Source: Bdellovibrionales bacterium (GTDB taxonomy: Bacteria > Bdellovibrionota > Bdellovibrionia > Bdellovibrionales > UBA1609). From it: 64,000 nucleotides of DNA. Of the stretch, positions 20,000 to 29,833 are shown piece after piece; the first letter of the stretch is position 1, and each line of letters begins with the position of its first letter. A program made the translations under genes and the position numbers. Below the pieces are notes generated by a model. That model saw nothing but the letters and a program-made list of their open reading frames with translations. It was not told the origin of the DNA and made no database searches. Where the stretch lies: positions 1 through 64,000 of the forward strand of contig JAWLHR010000012.1 of NCBI GenBank assembly GCA_041690295.1, in the 5' to 3' direction.

Positions 20000-20644
20000 T
20001 TATTTACTCACCGGGGGCTGCAAACAGAATCGGCAAACGTGTCCACCCTTGGCGATGCACGTTTCAAGGTTCACGTCCATTTGTGAAAGGTTTTTAATCA
20101 AGCGGATATCAAAGCCGCAAAGTTGCGGATTTTTCTTGGCCACTTCGTGGTAAACGCAATTCACCGCCTCGATCGTGGCCCCCACACCCGCCTCATGCTC
20201 TTTTAAGACCGCCCTGTAGCCAAGGTCCGACATCAATCGTGTCAGACTGGTCAGACGCGTTACAAAGTCTTTGGCCCGATAATCGGCTTCCATGCTCTCG
20301 GTCACCGAATCCGCCAAGGATTCCATGAACCGGGCCACTTGCGATGGCGGCAGGTCTTTGGTCAATTGGGTGAGAATCGCATTGGAAAGCCATGAATACC
20401 GTCGCGGAAACGACTCAATGCCTTGATCCGATAGCAAATAGCGGCGAAGCGGCCGGCCGATTCCTCCCCGGCTATCTTCGAAGTCCACGTAGCCCATGTC
20501 GATCAGCCGATTGATATGCTCTTTAGCCGCCGTTTTCGTGACACCAAGATGTTCCGCCAAATCCAAGAGAGTCGCGCCCTTCGGGTGATCCAGCAAGTGC
20601 TCCAGAATCTTTTGCTGATTTTTATGTAAACCGCGCAATGGCAC
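20000..20644 (-). CDS. ArsR/SufR-like HTH transcriptional regulator with Cys-rich C-terminal domain
   Basis: wHTH 'LAEHLGVTKTAAKEHINRL...GRP...Y.LS..G...FPRRY'; 'NCVYHEVA....LC..D', 'CIAKGGHVCRF'. Start refined to GTG 20644. Confidence 0.85.
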   Translation of the reverse strand: MPLRGLHKNQQKILEHLLDHPKGATLLDLAEHLGVTKTAAKEHINRLIDMGYVDFEDSRGGIGRPLRRYLLSDQGIESFPRRYSWLSNAILTQLTKDLPPSQVARFMESLADSVTESMEADYRAKDFVTRLTSLTRLMSDLGYRAVLKEHEAGVGATIEAVNCVYHEVAKKNPQLCGFDIRLIKNLSQMDVNLETCIAKGGHVCRFCLQPPVSK

Positions 20645-20729
20645 CCTCTCTAATAAAAACAATTTAAACAGATACACACGTATATAGTCGAGTCGTACGA
20701 TAATTCAAACACTGGAGCTAACAGTCAAA

Positions 20730-21323
20730 ATGCAAGAAATTGAGTTTCACACGCCGACCGATTCCCTTGATTTTCCCGATTTTTCCGATCTTACGCGGCA
20801 AATGTTACAACGCATGGGCGAGCAACCGGACCGTGAGGGCCTTTTGCAGACGCCAAAACGGTTCAGTCATGCCATTTCCTTTCTCACGTCAGGTTATCAG
20901 CGCGACGTTCATGAAGTTGCGGGAAATGCGATTTTCAATGAACCTTCAAGCGATTTGGTTCTGGTGAAAAACATCGAGTTTTTTTCGCTTTGCGAGCATC
21001 ACATTTTGCCGTTTTTCGGCCAGGCTCACGTGGCCTACATTCCCAACGGTAAAATCATCGGCCTCTCAAAAATCCCTCGCATCGTGGATATTTTCGCCAG
21101 ACGACTTCAGATCCAGGAACGTCTCACTCGTGAAATCGCCGAAGCCATTAACGAGCTGATCGAACCGAAAGGCGTGGCCGTGCTCTTGGAAGCCTCTCAT
21201 CTCTGCATGATGATGCGCGGGGTGGAAAAACAACAAAGCACCACGATCACTAAGAAGTGGATCGGCGACTTCAGGGTCAAAGAGAACTACCGAAACGAAA
21301 TTTTAAATTTAATGCGAACTTAA
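20730..21323 (+). CDS. folE: GTP cyclohydrolase I
   Basis: '[10 protein letters not shown]', '[10 protein letters not shown]', 'GLSKIPR', 'RLQIQERLT', 'HLCMMMRGV'. Confidence 0.96.
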   Translation: MQEIEFHTPTDSLDFPDFSDLTRQMLQRMGEQPDREGLLQTPKRFSHAISFLTSGYQRDVHEVAGNAIFNEPSSDLVLVKNIEFFSLCEHHILPFFGQAHVAYIPNGKIIGLSKIPRIVDIFARRLQIQERLTREIAEAINELIEPKGVAVLLEASHLCMMMRGVEKQQSTTITKKWIGDFRVKENYRNEILNLMRT

Positions 21324-21340
21324 ACCGTGGGAGGCATTTC

Positions 21341-22891
21341 ATGGGCGAATCACAGCAAAAACCTGTGGGACCGGATCTCAGCCAAGGAGTGTCCCTTGAC
21401 TTCCTTGCCGAAGGGCAAATGTTCGTGGGCCATGTGGGTGAAGAATCCGTTATCCTGATCCGGCGCGGACAAGAGGTTTTTGCCGTGGGCGCCCATTGTT
21501 CACACTACGGCGCGCCCTTGTATGACGGATTGCTGGAAAATCAAGCCTTGCGCTGTCCTTGGCACCATGCCTGTTTCGACTGTAAGACCGGAGAGGCCAC
21601 GAAGGCGCCCGCCCTGAATCCGATTCCCACTTGGAAGACCGAGGTTCGTAATGGCACCGTTTTCGTCAAAGAGAAACGCGAACCTCAGCCAGAGCCGCGC
21701 ACCAAAGGCGAATCCCAACGATTCGTGATCGTGGGCTCAGGGGCCGCGGGCCATGCCGCGGCGGAGATGTTGCGAAGAAAAGGTTTCGCCGGTTCCTTGG
21801 TTGTGGTTTCCGAAGACTCGGATCTTCCCTATGACCGGCCGAACCTTTCGAAGGACTATCTGGCCGGCAACGCCCCGGAAGAGTGGATTCCTCTTAGGTC
21901 CGCTGAGTTTTTCGATGAACAAAAAATTGAATTTAAATTGAAGTCAAAAGTGGAACGGCTCGATACCAACGCGCGCACTCTTAAGCTCAGCTCCGGCGAA
22001 TCCATTTCCTATGACAAGTGCCTGCTGGCCATGGGTGGATCGCCGCGAAAGCCCGCCATTCAAGGAATCGATCAGCCCCATGTGCATTTTTTGCGCTCCC
22101 TTGAGGATTGTCGACGACTGATTCCCAAACTTGGCGCCGCCAATAACATCGTGATCATCGGCGCCGGCTTTATCGGACTTGAAGCGGCTTCGGCCTTAAG
22201 GGCCCGCAAATTGGATGTCACCGTGATCGCACCGAACGCAACTCCTCTGGACCACGTCTTTGGAAATGAAGTTGGACGGATCATCGAATCCGTTCACCGT
22301 GAAAACGGCGTCCAGTTCGTGCTCAAAAGCACCGTCAACCAAATTCACCCATCCCACGTCTCGACCGCGTCCGGCCATGAGTTTAAAGCCGATCTGGTGC
22401 TGGTCGCCACGGGCATTGCTCCCAACACCGCTCTTGCCGAATCCGCCGGTGTGAATTGTGAAAACGGAATTCTGGTAGATTCCCGATTGCAAACCAATCG
22501 TCCCGGCGTGTTCGCCGCGGGTGACATCGCCCGCTTTCCCTGTTTTCCGTCCCGGCGACCCGCTCGCATCGAACATTGGGTCGTGGCGCAAAGGCAGGGT
22601 CAAGTCGCGGCCATGAATATGCTGGGTGAAAATAGGGAGTTTAATGAAATTCCCTATTTCTGGAGCCAACAATTCGACCTTTTCTTGAGCTACATTGGTC
22701 ACTCGGCGGGTTGGAATGAAATCCGCTACTACGGGAATCTGGCGAAAAAAGAGGGAGCCGCCGCCTATATCGAGGGAAGCGACGTTACAGCGGTTTTAAC
22801 GGTCGGTCGCGACCGGCAGAATTTGGAACTGGAAGCCGCGATGGAAAAAAATGATCAAAAGCGGATCCGCGAGATTTTGACGCAAATTTAA
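21341..22891 (+). CDS. Rieske [2Fe-2S] domain fused to FAD/NAD(P)H ferredoxin reductase (AIF-like)
   Basis: 'CSHYGAPL...CPWHHACF', 'GSGAAG', 'PYDRPNLSK', 'GAGFIGLE', 'FAAGDIA', 'PYFWSQQF'; GGAGG before ATG 21341. Confidence 0.92.
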   Translation: MGESQQKPVGPDLSQGVSLDFLAEGQMFVGHVGEESVILIRRGQEVFAVGAHCSHYGAPLYDGLLENQALRCPWHHACFDCKTGEATKAPALNPIPTWKTEVRNGTVFVKEKREPQPEPRTKGESQRFVIVGSGAAGHAAAEMLRRKGFAGSLVVVSEDSDLPYDRPNLSKDYLAGNAPEEWIPLRSAEFFDEQKIEFKLKSKVERLDTNARTLKLSSGESISYDKCLLAMGGSPRKPAIQGIDQPHVHFLRSLEDCRRLIPKLGAANNIVIIGAGFIGLEAASALRARKLDVTVIAPNATPLDHVFGNEVGRIIESVHRENGVQFVLKSTVNQIHPSHVSTASGHEFKADLVLVATGIAPNTALAESAGVNCENGILVDSRLQTNRPGVFAAGDIARFPCFPSRRPARIEHWVVAQRQGQVAAMNMLGENREFNEIPYFWSQQFDLFLSYIGHSAGWNEIRYYGNLAKKEGAAAYIEGSDVTAVLTVGRDRQNLELEAAMEKNDQKRIREILTQI

Positions 22892-22918
22892 CGCACCCAC
22901 TTCCCCACTTTATCAGAG

Positions 22919-23407
22919 ATGGACCCGCGGATATCATTAACTCCCATGGATAATCCCAAGGTCTACGTTCGCCGAACAAAGTTCGGAAAAGGTGTTTTCG
23001 CCAAAGCCGTCATTCGAAAGGGCGAATTGATCGCGGAATTCGATGGTCCCATTTTCACTTACGATTACGAACACTGGAATGACGACCTTTATAACCATGT
23101 CATTCAGTTCCATCCCAAAAAATGGCGGGATTCCAATGGTGTCGCACGATTGATCAATCACTCCTGCGATCCCAACTGTGGAATCAAGGGAAAATTCAAA
23201 GTGGTCGCCATGCGCCGGATTGAAAAGGGCGAAGAAATCACGTGGGATTACGAGATGACCGAAAGGCATCCGTACTGGCGCATGCGCTGCCGGTGCGGAT
23301 CGCCCAATTGCCGAAAAAGAATCGGCGATTATCGGCGCATGCCCAAAAAAGTGCGCGAGAAATACAAAGGGTATATCTCGCGCTGGTTAATCGAATCAGG
23401 TTATTAG
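22919..23407 (+). CDS. SET domain protein-lysine methyltransferase with post-SET motif
   Basis: 'GKGVFA', 'RLINHSCDPNC', 'GEEITWDY', post-SET 'CRCGSPNCR'. Confidence 0.92.
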   Translation: MDPRISLTPMDNPKVYVRRTKFGKGVFAKAVIRKGELIAEFDGPIFTYDYEHWNDDLYNHVIQFHPKKWRDSNGVARLINHSCDPNCGIKGKFKVVAMRRIEKGEEITWDYEMTERHPYWRMRCRCGSPNCRKRIGDYRRMPKKVREKYKGYISRWLIESGY

Positions 23408-24120
23408 AATCGCCGCAACACCATCCTTGGGCGGTCCCTTTGCGGCGATTCGGCGAGCGGTTGATACAATAAAATCAACATATCCCTTAATGCCCGACTT
23501 CGCGGATCCACGGCTTGAAAGGGTGAGACGCCGTGGAAAATGGCTCTGTCATCGAAATAAATGGAATCGAGCGGCCTTTCCAGCTTGAAGCGATCGATCT
23601 CCTTTTGGTTCAAGTCATAAATGTAATTGCAATCACCTTGGATATTGGTTCGATTCATTAAATGAATGGACCCGAAGTGATATCCATCGCGATGGATGCC
23701 TTCCGGCGCGGGCCGGCCGATGTTATTTCTCGTAGTGGCCGCGATCCGGATCATGTGCACGCTGACTTCAAACGGCTCCAACCGTTGGGACTCAGGAATC
23801 GGCAGTGATCGATAACTTTCCATCACCAACATCTGCAGGAAATCACTCTCATAGTCCTCGGGATTCAAAGGAGCGAAGTGTCGATGAATATCGCCGTAAA
23901 GCTGGTCATATTCTTTGGCTTGAAAAAATGAATCGTGCTTGAATCGCTCTAATGTGCCTTGAGCTGGATTGATAAGAAAGCGGGCATACCGGCGGAACCG
24001 TTCTCCCTCGCCGGCGAAAAGGTGGGGATCTTCGGGAAGAGTCTCATAACGCGCACGAAATTCGTTGAGCTTGCGCGACATTTGAGCCGACAGGCCAAAG
24101 CGAACTCCGCCGAATTCCAA
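23404..24120 (-). CDS. 2OG-Fe(II) dioxygenase (2OG-Fe_Oxy_2-like)
   Basis: 'RFRRY', 'H.IRI', 'PEGIHRDG' (HxD), 'FHGVSP', 'RDMLI'. Confidence 0.85.
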   Translation of the reverse strand: MEFGGVRFGLSAQMSRKLNEFRARYETLPEDPHLFAGEGERFRRYARFLINPAQGTLERFKHDSFFQAKEYDQLYGDIHRHFAPLNPEDYESDFLQMLVMESYRSLPIPESQRLEPFEVSVHMIRIAATTRNNIGRPAPEGIHRDGYHFGSIHLMNRTNIQGDCNYIYDLNQKEIDRFKLERPLDSIYFDDRAIFHGVSPFQAVDPRSRALRDMLILLYQPLAESPQRDRPRMVLRRF

Positions 24121-24280
24121 AATACCCTTTATCGCTCACCTGCTTTCTGATTTCAGATTTTTTGGCCTCGCTAAGTAACGTCATATTTCCCTCCTCTTTA
24201 GGAATTTCTTCTATCGGTCAAATTATTTGAGCGGCGGGAAATTGGGAAATAGTTAAATTTTAGCTCGGACCAAATTCCTG

Positions 24281-24882
24281 CTAATGGAAGCGGTAACCAA
24301 GCGCTGCACCGACAAGAACATTGCGCCCAATCCATATATCCGGACTGAGTGCGAACAAGGAGCTCGCTTCGATTGATAATAGCCAATGGGGACTGAGCCA
24401 AAAACGGCTCCCCAGGATAACTTGGCCGTAGTCATATTCAATCGAGTCAACGCGAAAATCCACGGCCCCGTGTCCTTATCCCTGAACTCAACGGGATCAT
24501 TTTTCACGTGCACGACACGCAAAGTGCCGTAGGGCTCCCATTTGCCAGACAGGTAGCTCGCCATCAAATCGCCGTAGTAGTGACTGCCACCGATGGATTC
24601 GCCGATTCCACCCGCGATGGCCAGTGACAAACCGTTATTGTTGCCGTTAACAAGGGCGTATTTGGCGCGAATTCCGATGCTCAAAAACTCCCAATGAACG
24701 CCGAAATCCAGATTTTCAGTAAGACCGACATTCCATTTGAGAACATAACCGGCTGAACCATAGCCACCGATGAGTTCGTGATTGGATTTACCCACCGTGC
24801 GCGCCGTCTCGTGACTTACGAGTGGACCGATCGCGCATCCGGAGAGAAGAAATGACATCAAAAAAATCCAGCTTATCCGCAT
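24281..24882 (-). pseudogene. frameshifted outer-membrane beta-barrel-like lipoprotein (pseudogene or sequencing error)
   Basis: The N-part (ATG 24882, lipobox LLSGC) and the C-part (24281..24463, ending 'AALGYRFH') are in different frames. Adding one G to the G4 run (plus-strand CCCC 24466-24469) joins them: ...DKDTG-A-VDFRVD... Confidence 0.75.
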
Positions 24883-24893
24883 GACTTCAACCT

Positions 24894-25262
24894 TTATTTT
24901 TTCAAATCGAATTGGAGAAGAAGCGAACAACCTGAGCATCGCTCCTGCTTTGGCCAGCTTTCGGGCGCCTTTCGCAAAACATTCTTCGCCCCGCAGCTCG
25001 GGCAGTTCACTTCGCCGCTTATGACCTCGCCCTTCGCCAGCCAGGTCGTGATTCCAAAAACCAGCGAGAGAATCAGAAAAAGCGGAACCAACACAAAGTG
25101 CAAAACGGGCACGAACACGGTGAGCACCGCCGCGCCAAAGAGAATGCCTCCGACCTTTAGCGCGCGCAAAATACGTTCTGACCCGGAAAAATCGCGCCGG
25201 ATCACCTGCCCTTCACTCGAGCGGTCCTCACACACGCAAATCATGACCGAAGATTCGTTCAC
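24894..25262 (-). CDS. small membrane protein with C-terminal zinc ribbon
   Basis: Two TM helices, then CPSC...CSGC. Confidence 0.75.
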   Translation of the reverse strand: MNESSVMICVCEDRSSEGQVIRRDFSGSERILRALKVGGILFGAAVLTVFVPVLHFVLVPLFLILSLVFGITTWLAKGEVISGEVNCPSCGAKNVLRKAPESWPKQERCSGCSLLLQFDLKK

Positions 25263-25273
25263 CGTTCACCTCT

Positions 25274-28200
25274 TTATTCCAACCAAGCTTCTTTTTCAGG
25301 CGTGAAACTGGGTTCAGGTATCACTTTTTCCACCTCGATGGAAGCTGGCTCAACCCCGCGAACATACTTTAAAAACAAATATTCAATCCAGTCCTTGAAT
25401 CGATCAATATAAGTGAATGCCGCGGGGACTAAAACCAGAGTGAGCAACGTTGAGCTAATGGTGCCCCCGATCACCGCCACGCCAAGGCTGGTTCTTTGGC
25501 GGGAGGCTTCATTAAGCCCGATGGCCACGGGGACCATGCCGGCGATCAACGCCAAACTGGTCATGATGATTGGGCGCAACCTCGTTCGGCAGGCTTTGAT
25601 AATCGCCGGTTTCAGCGCCAAACCCTTCGCCTTCAGCAAATTAATGTAGTCGACGAGCAAAATGGAGTTTTTGGTCGCGAGCCCCAGCAGCATCACACAA
25701 CCGATCATGGAGTAAAGATCCAACGTCGATTGCGTCATGAGCAAGGCAAAGAACGCGCCGATCGCGGCCAAAGGCAAAACCAACATAATGGCAAACGGCG
25801 TGACGAAGGATTCGTAAAGGCTTGAAAGAACGAAAAAGATGAACAAAACACCAAGCCCCATGGCCATCATCATATTACCCATCAACTCTTTAAACCTCTC
25901 CGCCTGCCCATAAAATTTATAAGTGATCCCCGGTGGGAGCGGGAGCTCGTTCTTGAAGATCTCATCCACCCGCGCGATCGCGCCGCCCAACCCGGGTCCG
26001 CCAGGCGCCACGTCAGCGGAAATTTGAATGGTGCGTGAGCGATTTTCGCGACGGATATTGCTCGGCGTTTGCGACGGTTCAAAGTCAGCGACGAGACTGA
26101 GGGGCACCATGGTTCGATTGACGTTGGGAACCAAAACATCCTTCCACGTTTGGGTCAGATCACGCTGATCCTCGCGCAGTCTCACCCGAATATCGTATTC
26201 ACGGTCACCCACGCGAAACGGAGCGGCCACCACGCCTTCGACCAAATTGCGCAACTCAAGCCCCACCACACGCGCGTTCAAACCCGCTTCCTGCGCGATC
26301 CAGGGCTCGATTTTAAACTGATATTCCGGTTTTCCCTCGCGAAAGCTTCGGTCCACATCGGTGAGCGCCGGTTCATTTTTTAGTTTTTCAACCACTTTAC
26401 CGCTGAACTCAATCAACTGGTTCAGATCCTCACCGGCCAAACTCATGTTGAATTGGCGTTGTCCGCCGCCTGTCGCATCGCCATCCATAACGGCCGGATT
26501 GGCATAGGCAAAGGGCTTAAGCTTTTCCCGAATCAAGTCCTTGAATTCCGAAGTGTTCATTTTTCGCTTCACGCCAACGGGATGAAGCTCAATGGCCACT
26601 TCGGCGTAATTGGGCTCGCCTTCACGGTTTCCGATGGTCAACAAGGTGCGCGCCACTTCCGGATGATTGCGGATCACGTCGTCCACCTGACTGCCGACGT
26701 CCGCCATTTTTTCCAGGCTCGTGCCCGGCTTCAAATCAAGTTTGACAATGAACTCGCCGTTATCCTGGGCGGGAATAAAGGTTTTGGGAATCCACTTCAC
26801 GCTATAGAGGCTGATCACAAAAACCAGGAGATTGATTCCGATCACGGTTTTGGGAAAACGTAGGGTCACGCCCAAAAGCCGCTCATAATTATTTTCCAGC
26901 CAGGTCTGAAATTGGTCGAACTTTTCGAGAAGATACTTATTCGCCCGACCCAAAAACGATTTCGGCGGTTTGGGATGCAAACTTCCCGCGAAATAAGCGG
27001 AAAGCATGGGGGCCATGGTGAGGGCGTCGAACAAACTGATCAGCATGGCGAAACAAATGGTCAACCCGAATTCCTTGAAGAACTGACCCGTCACGCCCTG
27101 AAGAAATCCAATCGGACCGAAGACCGCGAGAATGGCGAAAGTTGTGGCGATCACTGGCAGGCGCACTTCCTCGGTTCCTTCCCTGGCCGCCTGTTCCGGC
27201 GGTTTGCCCATTTCCATGTGGCGAAAAATATTTTCGCGCACCACGATGGCGTCATCGACCAGCAAACCCACGGCGAGGCTCAGCGCCAACAAAGACATAA
27301 TGTTGATACTGAAACCCGCGATCATCATCAAAACAAACGCACCTAAAAGGGAATTGGGAAGCGCAAGCCCCGTGATAATCGTCGAACGAACGCTCCCCAA
27401 AAATAAGTAAACCACCAGCACCGTCAGAAGAATACCGATGGAGATCGATTCATAAACATCAAAAACGTTGGCCCTGATCCGTTTGGATCCGTCACGAACA
27501 AGATCCAGGGTGATGTTTTTGCTTTTGAACTGTTCGGAGGCCCCCAATTTTTCGGCCACCTTGCGTACGCGGTCCACCACTTCAATGGTATTCGCTCCGG
27601 ATTGGCGGAACACATAAAGCATGAGCGCTGGATTGCCGTTGTAATAGGTCCGAGATCTTTCGTCTTCAAGGGTGTCGACCACCTCACCAAGCTGGGACAC
27701 CAATAGCGGATGCTCGTCCCCCTCAAAACGCACGATGGAGCCGGCGATGGTTTTTAAATCCCGAAATTCCGCCAATGTGCGGTAACTGGCTTCGGACTCG
27801 CGGCCTGATTTTTTGCCGGCGGGAACGTTTTGGCCGGATGATCGCAAAGCTTCGGTCACGGTCGTCGCGGCAACTTTGTAAGCTTTTAACTTTTTAGCGT
27901 CGAGTTGAACCTGGATCTCGCGTTTTCGGCCGCCAAGAATCTCGACCAAACCCACCTGGTTCACCTGCTCGAGCTTGGGTTTCACATCCTTGTCGGCGAT
28001 ATCATAAATTTCGCCGGGATTGAGATCCGGTGAGGAGATTGAAAACACCGCGATCGGTTGATCGGCCGGGTCCACGCTGCGAACGATCGGCTCTTCGATA
28101 TCGTCCGGTAATTTCGCTCTCGCCGTGGCCACACGGTCGCGGACCTGCTGTTCGGCGTATTTGATGTCCGTTTCCAGTGTGAACTCGGCCACCACCTGAG

Positions 28201-28465
28201 CGAGGCCTTCGCGGCTGGTGGAGCGCAGTTCATCGATGCCCGAAATCCCGCTCAGCTCCTCTTCCAATACCTGGGCGACGAGCGTTTCCACTTCCGCGGG
28301 GCCCGCACCCTGATAGGGCACGGTGACCACCACAATCGGAAAGGTCACGTCGGGGAAGAGATCCACCGGCAAACGCCGCATGGACATGTAGCCGATCAAA
28401 AGGATCAGCGTCACCAAACAGGTGATAAAGATCGGCCGGCGGATCGAAAGGTTCGCTAAATCCAT
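25274..28465 (-). CDS. RND efflux permease (AcrB/AcrD/AcrF family)
   Basis: 1063 aa. 'LPVDLFPDV', 'GLLVDDAIVVRENI', 'GLATKNSILLVD', 'RLRPIIMTS'; proton-relay residues intact. Confidence 0.96.
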   Translation of the reverse strand: MDLANLSIRRPIFITCLVTLILLIGYMSMRRLPVDLFPDVTFPIVVVTVPYQGAGPAEVETLVAQVLEEELSGISGIDELRSTSREGLAQVVAEFTLETDIKYAEQQVRDRVATARAKLPDDIEEPIVRSVDPADQPIAVFSISSPDLNPGEIYDIADKDVKPKLEQVNQVGLVEILGGRKREIQVQLDAKKLKAYKVAATTVTEALRSSGQNVPAGKKSGRESEASYRTLAEFRDLKTIAGSIVRFEGDEHPLLVSQLGEVVDTLEDERSRTYYNGNPALMLYVFRQSGANTIEVVDRVRKVAEKLGASEQFKSKNITLDLVRDGSKRIRANVFDVYESISIGILLTVLVVYLFLGSVRSTIITGLALPNSLLGAFVLMMIAGFSINIMSLLALSLAVGLLVDDAIVVRENIFRHMEMGKPPEQAAREGTEEVRLPVIATTFAILAVFGPIGFLQGVTGQFFKEFGLTICFAMLISLFDALTMAPMLSAYFAGSLHPKPPKSFLGRANKYLLEKFDQFQTWLENNYERLLGVTLRFPKTVIGINLLVFVISLYSVKWIPKTFIPAQDNGEFIVKLDLKPGTSLEKMADVGSQVDDVIRNHPEVARTLLTIGNREGEPNYAEVAIELHPVGVKRKMNTSEFKDLIREKLKPFAYANPAVMDGDATGGGQRQFNMSLAGEDLNQLIEFSGKVVEKLKNEPALTDVDRSFREGKPEYQFKIEPWIAQEAGLNARVVGLELRNLVEGVVAAPFRVGDREYDIRVRLREDQRDLTQTWKDVLVPNVNRTMVPLSLVADFEPSQTPSNIRRENRSRTIQISADVAPGGPGLGGAIARVDEIFKNELPLPPGITYKFYGQAERFKELMGNMMMAMGLGVLFIFFVLSSLYESFVTPFAIMLVLPLAAIGAFFALLMTQSTLDLYSMIGCVMLLGLATKNSILLVDYINLLKAKGLALKPAIIKACRTRLRPIIMTSLALIAGMVPVAIGLNEASRQRTSLGVAVIGGTISSTLLTLVLVPAAFTYIDRFKDWIEYLFLKYVRGVEPASIEVEKVIPEPSFTPEKEAWLE

Positions 28466-28466
28466 A

Positions 28467-29831
28467 TTACTTCTTTACGGTTAAAATTCCCTGTGGACCT
28501 CGATGATCGATGAGCTCGCCCGTTAACACACCGTTATTGTGTTCGGCGCTATAGCGCATGAGACCTATTCCCGGAATCGGCCCATTGTTATTTCCTTCAC
28601 TTTTCATAATGAGGTTCGGCCGACAACCATCCAAAACCACGGCCACATCCATTAAACGGGAACCGATGCTGGGATCGGACAAATCTCGACGGGTGTAGAG
28701 CGCGCGCAAAATTGGAACCCGAACACCGTGTTCCAATCCTTCGTCCATATAAAGGTTCAAATGAACCGGCCAATCCGGCCCGGTATAAGCATCCACCTTG
28801 CCGCGATAAAGACCGATGTACGGTCGATAGGTACGCTCCAGCCGTTCCCGCAGCAGAAGAGTTTCATCGTCCGGCGCCTCCACGAACTTCGATTCACGGA
28901 CCACATCAAACTCAGCCCATTTCCCGGTGGTGGAGATCACTCCGCGAAGCCGCGCGGGCGATTCCGAAAACGACATCTCCACCCGCGAAACTGAACTTTG
29001 AAACTGCGGCAAAAATGTCTCCGGATCAAAACGGTTCAAAGAGAAATATTTGACATCCGCCAATTCACCTTGGAACTCACGAAAGGTTCTCAGCGCCAAG
29101 CGCGGGCGATAACAGGGCGCCCCGTTCACACCGGAGCCTTCCTGAACGCGCTCAATGTAAAGCCAGGCGGAAAAACCTTCGAGGCGTTCACTCGAACACA
29201 TCTCACGCTTGAACTGACCCCTGTAAGTGCCAATGACGGGCTCATAAAGCTGAACCAGACGCCTGAACTCTTCTTCTTCGCTCAACGTCGCGCCCGTGGT
29301 GGAATCCCGACTGACTCGGCGAACATTAATCACACCCCAGTTCTGGCCGTTTCTTAGCACCGTGGCCGTTAGATTCTCCCCATTGACATGTCCTGTGACG
29401 GAAATCGGATCCTGACCACCCAAACGGCAACCGGACGCGGTGGTCGACATCGCCGGATCCGGATCCAATCGAAGAGCGCCGGTCACCCCGTCGAACTGCC
29501 CGGTGAGGATCAGATTGTCACTGTCACCCATCGTACTTGCTTGAATCATCCGGCCCCGCAACACCACGCGAATCCCCGGCCTCAAATCTCCCGGTAATGG
29601 AGCCTCCTGAACTTCACCCAGAAAAAGATAAAACGTGACCGGTAAGGATTTATTGACGGCGGAAAGCTTCAATTGACCGGAATAAGTACCCTCGATCGCT
29701 CTGTACTCTTCGCGCAGCTTTTCATTTTTCAACGCACGATCCGCGTCCGGACCGACGGAATCTTCAAGTCCGATTCCGCAACCAAAAAGAAAACCCATGG
29801 CGATCACGCCCAAAATCAATCGTTTCACCAT
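28467..29831 (-). CDS. lipoprotein with three tandem ~150-aa repeats, between TolC and RND genes
   Basis: Lipobox FLFGC. Repeats begin LREEYRAIEGTYSGQL / LVQLYEPVIGTYRGQF / LERTYRPYIGLYRGKV. Spacing to the flanking genes is 1-2 nt. Confidence 0.8.
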   Translation of the reverse strand: MVKRLILGVIAMGFLFGCGIGLEDSVGPDADRALKNEKLREEYRAIEGTYSGQLKLSAVNKSLPVTFYLFLGEVQEAPLPGDLRPGIRVVLRGRMIQASTMGDSDNLILTGQFDGVTGALRLDPDPAMSTTASGCRLGGQDPISVTGHVNGENLTATVLRNGQNWGVINVRRVSRDSTTGATLSEEEEFRRLVQLYEPVIGTYRGQFKREMCSSERLEGFSAWLYIERVQEGSGVNGAPCYRPRLALRTFREFQGELADVKYFSLNRFDPETFLPQFQSSVSRVEMSFSESPARLRGVISTTGKWAEFDVVRESKFVEAPDDETLLLRERLERTYRPYIGLYRGKVDAYTGPDWPVHLNLYMDEGLEHGVRVPILRALYTRRDLSDPSIGSRLMDVAVVLDGCRPNLIMKSEGNNNGPIPGIGLMRYSAEHNNGVLTGELIDHRGPQGILTVKK

Positions 29832-29833
29832 AA

